A DNA stretch of 64,000 nucleotides, taken from contig CAWIIQ010000001.1 in NCBI GenBank assembly GCA_963836185.1, positions 1,049,424 to 1,113,423 on the forward strand. Direction: 5' to 3'. A model generated the notes under the pieces. That model was not told where the DNA came from and made no database searches. It was given only the letters and a program-made list of their open reading frames with translations. This document shows positions 1-9,746 of this stretch, piece by piece. Numbering within the stretch: the first letter of the stretch is position 1; every line of letters begins with the position of its first letter. Source of the DNA: Candidatus Krumholzibacteriia bacterium (GTDB lineage: Bacteria > Krumholzibacteriota > Krumholzibacteriia > Krumholzibacteriales > Krumholzibacteriaceae). Made by a program: the position numbers and the translations under genes.

Positions 1-39
1 ATTGATCCTCGGCATCTCTTCAGGTGGAGGTAAACAGCT

Positions 40-459
40 TTGGCTACTGGCAAGACCGCAAAGAAGCGGACGATCAGACAACATTGTACCCCTTGTGATA
101 AAGACTTCGATATGGAAGTCGTCGAGGGTGGCGAGAGCAAAGAGGACGTGATCTGGCTCAAGTGCCCGGGTTGCCAGGGATTCCTTCCATACATGATAGA
201 AGAGGAAGGTGCAGCGTCAGGCAACGGCAGCGTGGAACCGGCGGAACTCGCTCCGGAAGATATCGATGAAGAGGAGAGGGAGCAGGCCAGGGAATATGTC
301 GAGTCGGGAGAGTTTGAGATCGGCGATATCATCTATCACAGGTCATGGCACGATTACGGCAAAATCGTCTCAAAGGAAGAACTCCCCGGCAACAGAAAGA
401 CGATAATCGTGAACTTCGTCAACCAGGGCACTATCCGTCTTCTCGAGGGAGTGACCTGA
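40..459 (+). CDS. hypothetical protein with CxxC...CxxC zinc-ribbon motif
   Basis: ORF in table. Two CxxC pairs (CTPC ... CPGC) and an acidic C-terminal half. No family recognised. Confidence 0.4.
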   Translation: MATGKTAKKRTIRQHCTPCDKDFDMEVVEGGESKEDVIWLKCPGCQGFLPYMIEEEGAASGNGSVEPAELAPEDIDEEEREQAREYVESGEFEIGDIIYHRSWHDYGKIVSKEELPGNRKTIIVNFVNQGTIRLLEGVT

Positions 460-470
460 AAGGCCTGACC

Positions 471-1334
471 TTGAAGACCGGGTTTCCAAGTATCTGTCTT
501 ATCGTTGCCGCGATGATATTTTCGGCCCCGGAGCCAGCGATGGCCACGGGGCCGTTTCTGAATCTGCCGACATATTACGGCCGGGTCGATACAGTCAGGG
601 CCATCATCGATGTCGGGCAGTCGTTCGTCGAGGGTGAGTTTGAGAACTCGACGGCCCTGTCATTCGAAACCGGTTTCAGGAGCGGCGAACGGACCCGCGT
701 CAGGATGCAGATCCTATATCCGATAATCCGCAGGGACGGATATTATAATCACGGTTTCGGCGATCTCATGCTCAGCGCCGAGTTGAAAATAGTCGGTGAT
801 ACCCTCAGGATCAACGGCCTCTTCTTTCGCGGAGACATGCGCATACCGACTGGATCGGCGAGCCGCTGGCCCTATGCCGGCGAGAGCCTGGACGGAGGAG
901 GAGGACTCGAATACAGGCGGTTTTCTGATACATTCGATTTTCGCTGCTCGGCGACTTACACGCTTGTCGGCCGCAAGGCCGAAGAGGAATTCTTCAGAAA
1001 CGAGAATTACGCACTGGCCGGGATCCTTTTCGGCCTCAAACCTTTCAGCGCCGTTTCGGTCGAGCTGTCCGCGTTCGCGCAGTACTTCAGGAACGGCGAT
1101 TTCAGGGAAGTCTACCTGATCGGCTGCGGGACCCGTCTCAAAGGGGGCCTCGATGTCCGTCTCTCGGGCGGAATAGACAACGGAGGGAGCCTCGAGCGTG
1201 TCTGGAACTCGATGATCCAGATCGGGATCACATGGCGTTTCCCCGGCGGCTGGAATAGAAAGCCCGATCCTGACGATGACCTCCCGGAGGGGATTCCGCA
1301 GGACGGCCTCCAGCCTGAAAAGACAACACCCTGA
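471..1334 (+). CDS. secreted hypothetical protein (signal peptide; possible outer-membrane beta-barrel-like)
   Basis: In frame with table ORF 345..1334. Likely TTG start at 471 giving N-terminus MKTGFPSICLIVAAMIFSAPEPAMA (signal-peptide-like). An alternative ATG is at 513. Overlap with ORF 40..459 is resolved by the later start. Confidence 0.45.
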   Translation: MKTGFPSICLIVAAMIFSAPEPAMATGPFLNLPTYYGRVDTVRAIIDVGQSFVEGEFENSTALSFETGFRSGERTRVRMQILYPIIRRDGYYNHGFGDLMLSAELKIVGDTLRINGLFFRGDMRIPTGSASRWPYAGESLDGGGGLEYRRFSDTFDFRCSATYTLVGRKAEEEFFRNENYALAGILFGLKPFSAVSVELSAFAQYFRNGDFREVYLIGCGTRLKGGLDVRLSGGIDNGGSLERVWNSMIQIGITWRFPGGWNRKPDPDDDLPEGIPQDGLQPEKTTP

Positions 1335-1483
1335 ATGCAATCTGCGAAATCACGATGTTCCAATTGTTCCTCGTTGTGGAGTAGAGTCCGCAACCTTTCC
1401 GCAATGTTGCCCCCTGTATAAGGCACATACCTTGCGTTGCCTGATGTTCGTCAAGACTGACTCTGGCTGCGAGGAATACATCG

Positions 1484-2953
1484 ATGGCAACGCATCCTGT
1501 CGAAACGATACCTGAGATGGAGGCAAGCGAAGCCGCTTCGCGCGATATGGCGAAGAGCGGGAACAGCGACGCCTCATCCCTGCTGGACAGCCTGCTCGAA
1601 CCGGTCGAGCAGGGAGTGGTCATCCTCGATCATTCCCGGACACCGGTCTTCGCGAACAGGTGCGCAAAGGGGATACTGTCCGTCGCTGCGAACGAGGAGA
1701 TCGCCGGAATAATCGAGAGAAGCTGTCCCGACAGTCTCTTTGATAAATGCACGTCGAACGGATCTGCCGTGACATACGTGGACGTCACTCTGCCCGACAA
1801 GGAGACGCGAAAGCTCCTCGGGCTGGAGGTCCGGGCGATAGGCATTCCCGGTGAGTCGGCGGCATACTACGTGTTGATCCATGATTTTTCACGCTGGAAA
1901 AAACTCGACGAGCTGAGGTCGCGCTTCGCCACCTCGCTTTCACACAGGATGAGGACACCGCTTACCGCGATCAGAAATGCCGTCAAGATACTCAGCGAAC
2001 AGCCGCTCGAGGGAGAGGACAGGGAGAAACTCCTCGATATAGGCTGGAGAAATGTCGAGAAGCTGATCACGAACCTCGATGAACTGCAGAAGATATTCAT
2101 GATCGAGTCGGAGGAGACAAAGGTATGCCGTGTCCTGACGAGAGCTCGTCACGACCTGAAACCTGTCTTCGACAAACTCCAGAGCGAAGGCAAGCTCCGC
2201 GGCTACAAGATAGGTATGCCGGATATGACGGTGTTCACCGGCCGGGGAAGCCTCAGGGATTTCATCGTCACTTCGATCGAGGCATACAATACCTGGCTCG
2301 GAGAAGCGCCGTTCATCGAGTGCAGTTCTTCGATCAAGGAGGAGCTCTGCTACCACGGCGGCGTGGAGAAGAGCCTGAAGATATACCTCAGGCCGAGGAC
2401 GAGCGGGTGGCTGAGGTCAGTCAGGGAAGGCCTCAGGGATTATCTTTCTTTCCACGAGGCTCACAGGGGCCTGGTCCTTGACAGGCTGGCCGACGCGCTT
2501 GACGCCGAGCTCGAGATCAGCTCCGGGAACACGATCAGCATCAGGCTTCCGCTCAAGCCATCCTTTGATCGCGAGAAGGACCTCGTCAGCCCGCTTCACA
2601 TGATGATGGAACGCGCCGATTTTTCAGGCAGCGAGTTCTGCCTGATCGATATGCACATGGTCGGGACTTCCGACAGCGCTTCCGAACTGGTCGGCACTCT
2701 CGAGAAGGTCATGTGCTCGGTCCTCACCGGAGAGCATATGATCTCAAAGGGAGAGGACGGTTCGTCGTGGGTCCATTTCATCGTCGGCAAGTGCCCCGAT
2801 GATATCGAGGGTGTAATGAAGAGCGTGCACGACAAGTTCCTCGAGGCCTGCCGCAGGAGCGGGGAGCAGATGATACCTTCGTTGAGATGGGAGACCCGGT
2901 ACAGCCGTGTAGCTGGGGAATGCATACCTGAGTCAGAGATACTCGACATCTGA
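1484..2953 (+). CDS. signalling protein with HisKA-like phosphoacceptor box (H-box HRMRTPLTAIRNAV); ATPase domain not evident
   Basis: H-box motif typical of histidine kinases. No clear N/G1/G2 ATP-binding boxes found by eye. Confidence 0.5.
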   Translation: MATHPVETIPEMEASEAASRDMAKSGNSDASSLLDSLLEPVEQGVVILDHSRTPVFANRCAKGILSVAANEEIAGIIERSCPDSLFDKCTSNGSAVTYVDVTLPDKETRKLLGLEVRAIGIPGESAAYYVLIHDFSRWKKLDELRSRFATSLSHRMRTPLTAIRNAVKILSEQPLEGEDREKLLDIGWRNVEKLITNLDELQKIFMIESEETKVCRVLTRARHDLKPVFDKLQSEGKLRGYKIGMPDMTVFTGRGSLRDFIVTSIEAYNTWLGEAPFIECSSSIKEELCYHGGVEKSLKIYLRPRTSGWLRSVREGLRDYLSFHEAHRGLVLDRLADALDAELEISSGNTISIRLPLKPSFDREKDLVSPLHMMMERADFSGSEFCLIDMHMVGTSDSASELVGTLEKVMCSVLTGEHMISKGEDGSSWVHFIVGKCPDDIEGVMKSVHDKFLEACRRSGEQMIPSLRWETRYSRVAGECIPESEILDI

Positions 2954-2982
2954 CACTGTTCGTTCTGAATGATATTCCGGAA

Positions 2983-4287
2983 TCAGTTGAAGATCTCTTC
3001 CTTATGCCTGGCGGTTTTATTCGCGGGCGGATCTTTCCGTTTATCCTCGTTCGACCTCATGGAGAGCAGCAGGAGGCTGAGAGGTTCGCTGATTGTATGG
3101 CGGACGCTCGGCAGGTGGTTGTTGAATGTGTAGCGGCCGCTTCTAAGAGCCATGATCTTGTGAAACGCAGTCTTGCCGTCCCAGCTCTTCAGCCTGGCAT
3201 GGATGATCTCGCCCTTCTCGAAGAAGACCTCTCCACGCCCTGTCTGGGAGACGATCATCAGCCTCCCCGACTTCAGATTGCTGTTGAGCAATGAGACTAT
3301 ATCGAGTACAGGGATGAGCGAAAGGCTTCCCTGCAGCGGATAGCTGCGTGATTTCTTCCTGCGCTTGAGATTAAGCACGAGAAGACCGGTGATCACGACG
3401 AGAAGGACGATCAGGACATTAGACCTGAGAACTGACAGTACGCGCGAGGTCGGTTCCTCGAGTGTCTTTATCGCTTCAACACCCTTTGCGACTCCCTTCG
3501 CCATCGTTTCCCCTGCCGGGGCGGAATTCTGCTCATCTTCCTCAAGCAGCGCTATCTCCCTTAGCTTTTCTCTCGCCCAGCTGTTCTCGGGATCGAGTGC
3601 CAGGACGTCGCTAAGCGCCTTCTCGGCCTGGCCCTTCGTTTCGGCGGTATATGAGGCAAGCACCGTACGTGCCCGGCCCAGCGCATTTTCGACCTCGGCC
3701 CTGTCAAAACGCCTCTCTATCTCATCTAGCATCGATATCACATCTGTGTTCGAAGGATCGCGCTCGGCGGCCTGAACGAGGTATTCCTTCGCTGAATCGA
3801 GGTTGTCCATGGCAAGGTGGCACCTTGCGATCTGGACCAGGGGGGCGGGGTCGTACGGCCTGATCCCGAGATAGAGCGAGAGCTTGGGTATCGCGAGATC
3901 GTATTTTCCGTTGCTCATCAGTCGTTCAGCCTCGGCGAGGAGCTTGGTCGTAAGACTCTTCTCCATCCGGGCCAGCTTGTCGCGGGCCCATGTAGCGTCG
4001 GGTTCCTGCTGGAGGCCCCTGAGCAGGAGCTCACGGGCATATTCGAGCTGGCCGCGTTTCTCGTAGATCTGAGAGAGCTGCCATATCGGCGATGTGAACG
4101 ATTCGTCGTACTTAAGGGCCTTCATCAGGTAGTCTTCGGCCTTTACATCGTCACCCCGGGCGAGGGATTTCTGCGCCTCAACGAACAGGCGCTCAGCCTC
4201 TACCCTGGATGAGGACTGGGCATGAAGACAGGGGGCGAGCAGGCCCGCCGCCAGAAAAACGGCCGAAATCAATACAATTACCTTCAT
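2983..4287 (-). CDS. tetratricopeptide-repeat protein with N-terminal signal peptide and internal TM segment
   Basis: N-terminus MKVIVLISAVFLAAGLLAPCLHA. Repeated TPR-like A/Y/L-rich helices. Hydrophobic segment LIVLLVVITGLLVLNL. Confidence 0.6.
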   Translation of the reverse strand: MKVIVLISAVFLAAGLLAPCLHAQSSSRVEAERLFVEAQKSLARGDDVKAEDYLMKALKYDESFTSPIWQLSQIYEKRGQLEYARELLLRGLQQEPDATWARDKLARMEKSLTTKLLAEAERLMSNGKYDLAIPKLSLYLGIRPYDPAPLVQIARCHLAMDNLDSAKEYLVQAAERDPSNTDVISMLDEIERRFDRAEVENALGRARTVLASYTAETKGQAEKALSDVLALDPENSWAREKLREIALLEEDEQNSAPAGETMAKGVAKGVEAIKTLEEPTSRVLSVLRSNVLIVLLVVITGLLVLNLKRRKKSRSYPLQGSLSLIPVLDIVSLLNSNLKSGRLMIVSQTGRGEVFFEKGEIIHARLKSWDGKTAFHKIMALRSGRYTFNNHLPSVRHTISEPLSLLLLSMRSNEDKRKDPPANKTARHKEEIFN

Positions 4288-4525
4288 TTGTCACACTCCG
4301 GGATGGATTTCCGCAAAAACTGTTCCATACCTTCGAGGGGCTTCTAACTATCTGTTGATTTTACGTGTCAGCATCTGTTAAACTTCCGGAACTTGTAGCA
4401 ATTTCACGGGTTAAGATACCCTATCGGGTTATTTTTCAAGCCGCTGCGAGCGGCCATCGGGAGGATGAGATGGATTTCGAGCTGACCACCGAACAGAAGG
4501 ACATCCAGGAAGCGGCAAGCCAGCT

Positions 4526-5623
4526 TTGCAAAAGGTGAATTTAGCAAGGGAGTTAGCCCTGAAGCACGAGGAGGAGCATTCTTTCCCCAGAGAACTCTGG
4601 AAGAAGGCGAGCGAACTCGGGTTCATCGGGCTGCATTTTCCCACTGAAGCGGGCGGCTCGGGCCTTGGAGTGATAGAGAACGTGCTCGTCGTGGAAGCGT
4701 TCTGCAGGCGCGATTCGGGCCTCGGAACGGCCCTGGCTCTCTCCGATTTCGCTGCTGAGATCATCATGCGCCACGGTTCGGATGAACAGAAACAGAAGTA
4801 TCTGGCCGCAGTAGCCAGGGGAGAGATGATCTCGGCCGGAGCCTTCACCGAGGCGAACCACGGCAGCGATATCACGAGGATGGATACGAGGGCCGTCAAG
4901 GACGGCGACTCGTGGGTGATAAACGGAAACAAGATGTTCATCACGAACGGCCAGATAGCGGACTTCTACATCGTGCTCTGCCAGACCGACGACAAGGCCG
5001 ATCCTTCATACAGGGGGATGGCGACGATTCTCGTAGACAAGGATACCGAAGGGCTCTCGACCGAGGATGTCGGCTCGAAGATGGGCATCAAGATGACCTC
5101 GACTGCAGAAGTGATTTTCGACAACGTCCGCGTACCTGAAGGCAATATCATAGGAAAGGACGGCAAAGGCTTTTACCAGGTCCTCGAATTCTTCGATGAG
5201 AGCCGGGTCGAGATCGCTGCTACCGCGCTCGGTATCGCACAGGGAGCGTTCGACAGGGCGATCGATTATTCGATCGAGCGTGAGCAGTTCGGCAGGCCGC
5301 TGGCGAAGTTCCAGGTCACCCAGCACAAGCTGGCCGACATGGCTACCGCTATAGAGTACGCGAGACTGCTTACATACAAGGCGGCGTGGAACTTCGACAA
5401 GGGACGGATCGATCCCAAGCTGACATCGATGGCGAAGTATGTCGCGGCCAGGACCGCCGTCCAGGTGGCTGATGAGGCGATACAGATCCTCGGCGGGTAT
5501 GGTTACATGACCGAGTATGAGGTGGAGCGTTACTACCGCGACGCGAAGATCGCCGAGATCTACGAGGGGACCAAGGAAATACAGAAGAACACGATCGCCA
5601 GCCACCTGATCAAGGAGCGCTGA
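4526..5623 (+). CDS. acyl-CoA dehydrogenase (N-terminal 22 aa appear to be encoded at 4470-4535 in another frame)
   Basis: Strong ACAD family similarity throughout (FPRELWKK..., catalytic region YYRDAKIAEIYEGT). ATG 4470 with RBS gggagga gives MDFELTTEQKDIQEAASQLCKR, the canonical ACAD N-terminus, then a stop. There is an apparent 1-nt indel near 4525. Confidence 0.8.
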   Translation: MQKVNLARELALKHEEEHSFPRELWKKASELGFIGLHFPTEAGGSGLGVIENVLVVEAFCRRDSGLGTALALSDFAAEIIMRHGSDEQKQKYLAAVARGEMISAGAFTEANHGSDITRMDTRAVKDGDSWVINGNKMFITNGQIADFYIVLCQTDDKADPSYRGMATILVDKDTEGLSTEDVGSKMGIKMTSTAEVIFDNVRVPEGNIIGKDGKGFYQVLEFFDESRVEIAATALGIAQGAFDRAIDYSIEREQFGRPLAKFQVTQHKLADMATAIEYARLLTYKAAWNFDKGRIDPKLTSMAKYVAARTAVQVADEAIQILGGYGYMTEYEVERYYRDAKIAEIYEGTKEIQKNTIASHLIKER

Positions 5624-6201
5624 TGATACTGCGTGATGGATCCGGCAGAAAGATCGGCACGGCGGCCTGTGCCCTGGCGGTGGCTCTTTTTGTAATCTCC
5701 TGTTCAGGAGAGGGCGACGGGGGAGATACCGCCGTCGAGACAGGTTCGAGCGGGCAGCAGCCCGCTGCGGCGGAGAATACATACAAGGGAAATGTTTCAG
5801 ACGTCACTTTCAGGACCCTCGACGGGGACGAGAAAAAGTTGTCCGATTACGGCCCGAAACTGATGGTGGTCAATTACCTTGCCACCTGGAACGAGGACTC
5901 CAAAAAGCTCGTGCCGATAATGAACGAGATGTGGCGAAAGTTTGGCGGTAACGTGATAGTTCTCGGAGTAGTCGTTGATGTGAAAAGCGCCGCTCAGGCG
6001 AAGGCTTTCGGAAAATCGACCGACATGAAGTTCGAACTTCTGATGCCCGGCGGTCACTCAGGCAGGTTCGGTACTCCGGGCAAGCTGCCGACATCGTATT
6101 TCGTGACGAAGGACGACCATTTCCTGTCGAGTTTCGAGGGGCTCGTCAGGGAAAAGCAGTACGAGGACATGATACGGATGATGCGTGTCCGGCGCATGTA
6201 A
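5623..6201 (+). CDS. TlpA/thioredoxin-like lipoprotein lacking the CxxC active site
   Basis: Signal peptide plus lipobox (VISCSG). Redoxin-like motif YLATWNEDSKK...VLGVVVD, where the usual WCxxC is replaced by WNEDS. Confidence 0.55.
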   Translation: MILRDGSGRKIGTAACALAVALFVISCSGEGDGGDTAVETGSSGQQPAAAENTYKGNVSDVTFRTLDGDEKKLSDYGPKLMVVNYLATWNEDSKKLVPIMNEMWRKFGGNVIVLGVVVDVKSAAQAKAFGKSTDMKFELLMPGGHSGRFGTPGKLPTSYFVTKDDHFLSSFEGLVREKQYEDMIRMMRVRRM

Positions 6202-6220
6202 CACTGATCTGGAGGCATTG

Positions 6221-7561
6221 ATGCCGCTGGCTTTCACACAGGACCAGCTCGCGCTTATCAACCTGCTGCTCAGGCTTGCCGTCATGGCCGGATTAACAAG
6301 CCTCATCCTCGGCTTCCGTTTCACCGACGACATTCTCGTAAAGGTATCCGTTCCCTCGCGAGAGAAGATCAAGCTGACGATCCTGCTTTCAGTGATCTTC
6401 TCGGTGGGCGTCCTGATAAGGAAGATGTCGGCTCAGGCGGCGATGGACCTCTCGCTGGAGGGAGCGATCTTTGCCGGGCTCCTCGGCGGAACATGGGTCG
6501 GAGCCGGGACAGGATTCGTCATCGGCATGACATGTTTTCTGATCGGGGAGACAGTCTCTCTCCCCCTTTACACTGCGGCGGGACTCTTCTCCGGATTCGT
6601 CTACTCGAGGCTGGGCAGGGGAGGAGAGGTCTGGAGTTATTCACTAAACCCTTTCCTCGCCATCTACAATTTCCTCGAAAGGCTCTTCCACGGATCTCTC
6701 GACAGGAACTTCATACCGCTGGTGCTCTGCATCGGATTCGCGCTGCTGCGGTACGCGCTTCTCGACCGGTACATGACGGCCGGTCTGATATACGGATATC
6801 CGATGAGAGACTGGCTCTTTATCACGATAGACCTCGCAGTGCTCGTCTACACCGTAGGGCTGGCGCTGAAGCTCGCCGCCAATACCCGGGACGGGCTGAT
6901 CCATCGCGAAGAGGAGAAACAGCTCGTGCACGCGAGGCTGACCACGCTCAGAAGCCAGATAAATCCGCATTTTCTCTTCAATACGCTTAATTCGATAACA
7001 TCGCTGATCAGGACAGACGCTGAACGGGCAAGGGAGATGACCAGGCGTCTCTCGTCAATATTCAGAAAATCTCTCGACGACACCGGGGACCTCCATTCCC
7101 TGGCCAGTGAGATCGATTTTCTGGACGATTATCTCTCGATAGAAAAGGTACGCTTCGGGGACGAGAGGTTCGAGGTCGTAAAAGAGCTCGATGAAACGAC
7201 ACTCAGCATACTGGTGCCGTCCCTTTTACTTCAGCCGCTTGTCGAGAACGCCGTCAAGCACGGTATCGCCTGCAGGACCGAAGGCGGCAGGGTGCGGATC
7301 AGTTCCGCCGCGGTAGATGGAGGCACGGAGATAACGATAGAAAACGACGGCCCCGAGACGGGACCGCTGGATAAGGACGCGCTCTTTGTAAAAGGAGTGG
7401 GCCTGCGGAACGTCGCGGAGAGGCTCGAAATATACTCATGCGGGGAGGGGAGGATGAAGATCGATTCGCGGCCCGGTGGGGGAGCGATAGTCCGGCTGTT
7501 CATCCCCGAGTCCGCCGGAAGGGGGAAGGAAGTTGCCGGTACGTGCGCTGATCGTAGATGA
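6221..7561 (+). CDS. LytS/YehU-family sensor histidine kinase (5TM LytS domain + His_kinase)
   Basis: N-terminal polytopic membrane domain. Motif LRSQINPHFLFNTLNSI. HATPase region LVENAVKHG...GLRNV. ATG 6221 preceded by ggagg. Confidence 0.8.
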   Translation: MPLAFTQDQLALINLLLRLAVMAGLTSLILGFRFTDDILVKVSVPSREKIKLTILLSVIFSVGVLIRKMSAQAAMDLSLEGAIFAGLLGGTWVGAGTGFVIGMTCFLIGETVSLPLYTAAGLFSGFVYSRLGRGGEVWSYSLNPFLAIYNFLERLFHGSLDRNFIPLVLCIGFALLRYALLDRYMTAGLIYGYPMRDWLFITIDLAVLVYTVGLALKLAANTRDGLIHREEEKQLVHARLTTLRSQINPHFLFNTLNSITSLIRTDAERAREMTRRLSSIFRKSLDDTGDLHSLASEIDFLDDYLSIEKVRFGDERFEVVKELDETTLSILVPSLLLQPLVENAVKHGIACRTEGGRVRISSAAVDGGTEITIENDGPETGPLDKDALFVKGVGLRNVAERLEIYSCGEGRMKIDSRPGGGAIVRLFIPESAGRGKEVAGTCADRR

Positions 7562-8303
7562 TGAGAAGCTGGCCCGTGACGAGATGAGATACCTGCTCGA
7601 GCAGTTCGGCGACATCGAGGTCGCTGGAGAGGCCGCCGGCGGGGAAGAAGCTGTCGCGATGTCAGCCGACCTGGATCCTGACATCATATTCCTCGATATA
7701 CAGATGCCTGTCCTCGACGGATTCGGTGTCGTCAGGAAACTGGTCGACTCGGGGAACGTCCCGCTCATCATCTTCACTACCGCGTACGACCAGTACGCGA
7801 TCAAGGCTTTCGAGATCAACGCCGTCGACTACCTGCTCAAGCCGGTCGAGAAGGACCGTCTTGCGGGGGCTGTCGAAAGGGCCATGGCGATCATGCCTTC
7901 ACGCGGCGAGTATGTCAAAAGACTCAAAAAACTCACCGAAAGTATTCATGTAGGACGGAAATTTCTGCCCAGGATCGTCGTGAAGAACGAAGGCGGGATG
8001 GACCTCGTCGATACGAGCCGTGTGGCGATGCTGGAGAAGCGGGGTGCCGAGGTGATCGCTCATACCGACGACGGTGATTTCATCACGAACTATACCGACC
8101 TCGACGAGCTCGAGGTCCAGCTCGATCCTGCCGTATTCCTGCGGCTGGGCTCTGATGGTATCGTCAACGTCGGCAAGATCGACAAGATAGTGCCGTGGTC
8201 GGGCGGCAACTATGTTATGACTCTCGGTGACAGCTCCTCGACAGAGATAAAGCTGACGAGGACGCAGGCACAGATTCTCAAGAATAAGGCAGAACCCGGC
8301 TAG
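7533..8303 (+). CDS. LytTR-family response regulator (REC + LytTR DNA-binding domain)
   Basis: REC motifs (LIVDDE, DIQMP, IIFTTAYDQYA). C-terminal LytTR-type region. TTG start with G-rich RBS. Overlaps the end of the kinase gene as in operons. Confidence 0.8.
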   Translation: MPVRALIVDDEKLARDEMRYLLEQFGDIEVAGEAAGGEEAVAMSADLDPDIIFLDIQMPVLDGFGVVRKLVDSGNVPLIIFTTAYDQYAIKAFEINAVDYLLKPVEKDRLAGAVERAMAIMPSRGEYVKRLKKLTESIHVGRKFLPRIVVKNEGGMDLVDTSRVAMLEKRGAEVIAHTDDGDFITNYTDLDELEVQLDPAVFLRLGSDGIVNVGKIDKIVPWSGGNYVMTLGDSSSTEIKLTRTQAQILKNKAEPG

Positions 8304-8317
8304 AGGGAGGTCCGATC

Positions 8318-9688
8318 TTGTCATCCGGTTACGATGTCGTCGTGCTCGGTGGAGGCCCGGCCGGCTATCCGGCCGCGATAAGAGCATCGCAGCTCGGCGC
8401 GAAGGTCTGTCTGATCGAAGAGGACAGGCTAGGCGGCGTATGCCTCAACAGGGGCTGTATCCCGACCAAGACTCTTCACGGGGCGGCGCACCTGATCGAA
8501 CTTGCCGCGACGGGACAGGAGTCGGGCGTTTCAGGGACGCTGACGGCGGATCCCGCGGCTCTTCTCGATCACAAGAACGATGTCGTCGACAGTCTCGTCG
8601 GCGGTGTCGGTAAGATCCTCAAGGGGCACAAAGTCGATGTCGTAAAGGGACGGGGCCGTCTCATCTCACCTGAAAAGATCGATGTCGAAGGTCACGGCAC
8701 CATAGAGGGGAACTCCCTGATCATCGCGACCGGATCGTCGGAGATCGAACTTCCCGGGATGGAGTTCGACGGCACGACCGTGCTGAGTTCTACCGACCTG
8801 CTCGATATAGGGAGGGTGCCCGAGAGCATGATAGTCGTCGGCGGCGGGGTGATCGGGTGCGAGTTCGCGTCGATCTTCAGCGCGTTCGGCACAAAGGTCA
8901 CGATAGTAGAGATGCTCCCCTCGCTGATAGCGACAGAGGATATTCATGTGATCAGGTTCCTGCAGACCTATCTGAAAAAAAAGGGGATCACACTTCACCT
9001 GGGAACTAAAGTCTCATCTCTGAAAAAAGGCGACGGGCAGGTGACCGCCCTTCTCGAAGGCGGTACGGAGATCACTGCCGAGATCGCGCTCGTCTCGGTG
9101 GGAAGAAGGCCAAATACGTCGGGTATCGGCCTTGAGGAGGCTGGAGTCGAGTCGTCAGCATCCGGCATCACTGTCGATGCCTCGATGAGGACGAATGTCG
9201 ATGGTATCTTTGCCGCCGGAGACGTCATCGGAGGATGGCTCCTCGCCCACGTGGCGACGCGCGAGGGTGTCGTCGCCTCTGCAAATGCGCTCGGCCGGGG
9301 CGGTGAGGTCGACTACGGCGCCGTGCCGACCACGATATATACCCTTCCGGAGGTCTCTCGCGTCGGGCTTACTGAGCAGGAGGTAAAGGAGAAGGGGATC
9401 GAGTTTGTCACCGGAAGGTTCCCGTTCGCGGCGAACGGAAAGGCAAAAGGGCTTCGCGAGGAGGAGGGATTCGTCAAATGGATCGCCTCGAAGGAGGACG
9501 GAAAGCTGCTCGGGCTCCATATTCTAGGGCCGCAGGCGACCGAGCTTCTCGCGGCAGGGATCGTGGCCCTCGGCAGGAAACTCACCGCGCATGAATTCGC
9601 CGATTCGATATTTCCACATCCGACGCTCTCCGAGGCGCTCGCCGAGGCGGCCGAGGCGATCGATGGAAAAGCGATACATATACTCTGA
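8318..9688 (+). CDS. lpdA: dihydrolipoyl dehydrogenase
   Basis: GGGPAGY FAD motif, redox-active CLNRGCIPTK, C-terminal HPTLSEAL. Full length. Confidence 0.9.
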   Translation: MSSGYDVVVLGGGPAGYPAAIRASQLGAKVCLIEEDRLGGVCLNRGCIPTKTLHGAAHLIELAATGQESGVSGTLTADPAALLDHKNDVVDSLVGGVGKILKGHKVDVVKGRGRLISPEKIDVEGHGTIEGNSLIIATGSSEIELPGMEFDGTTVLSSTDLLDIGRVPESMIVVGGGVIGCEFASIFSAFGTKVTIVEMLPSLIATEDIHVIRFLQTYLKKKGITLHLGTKVSSLKKGDGQVTALLEGGTEITAEIALVSVGRRPNTSGIGLEEAGVESSASGITVDASMRTNVDGIFAAGDVIGGWLLAHVATREGVVASANALGRGGEVDYGAVPTTIYTLPEVSRVGLTEQEVKEKGIEFVTGRFPFAANGKAKGLREEEGFVKWIASKEDGKLLGLHILGPQATELLAAGIVALGRKLTAHEFADSIFPHPTLSEALAEAAEAIDGKAIHIL

Positions 9689-9746
9689 TATCATCCTGTT
9701 AGAAGTTTGCGGAAAAGACTCACAGATTTCCCGGAGGTATGGCCGA

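Noticed and set aside
345-470. ORF 345..1334 N-terminal extension overlapping ORF 40..459
   Set aside because: The extension is Arg/Gln-rich low complexity inside the upstream gene. A start at TTG 471 (or ATG 513) gives a signal peptide.
5006-5782. Long antisense ORFs inside well-supported genes (for example 5006..5782(-), 20760..21530(-), 32280..32891(-), 32698..33375(-), 35121..35807(-), 39445..40140(-), 40364..41011(-), 41105..41749(-), 57457..58305(-))
   Set aside because: High-GC DNA gives long spurious open frames opposite real genes. The sense-strand products have clear family signatures (acd, sdhA, glpX, nrdJ, katG), whereas the antisense products are low-complexity Arg/Pro/Gly-rich.
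9591-9746. Table start of the M16 peptidase ORF at 9591, overlapping the 3' end of lpdA by about 100 nt
   Set aside because: The upstream extension has no signal peptide and lies within lpdA. ATG 9747 follows a ggagg RBS and yields a signal peptide.
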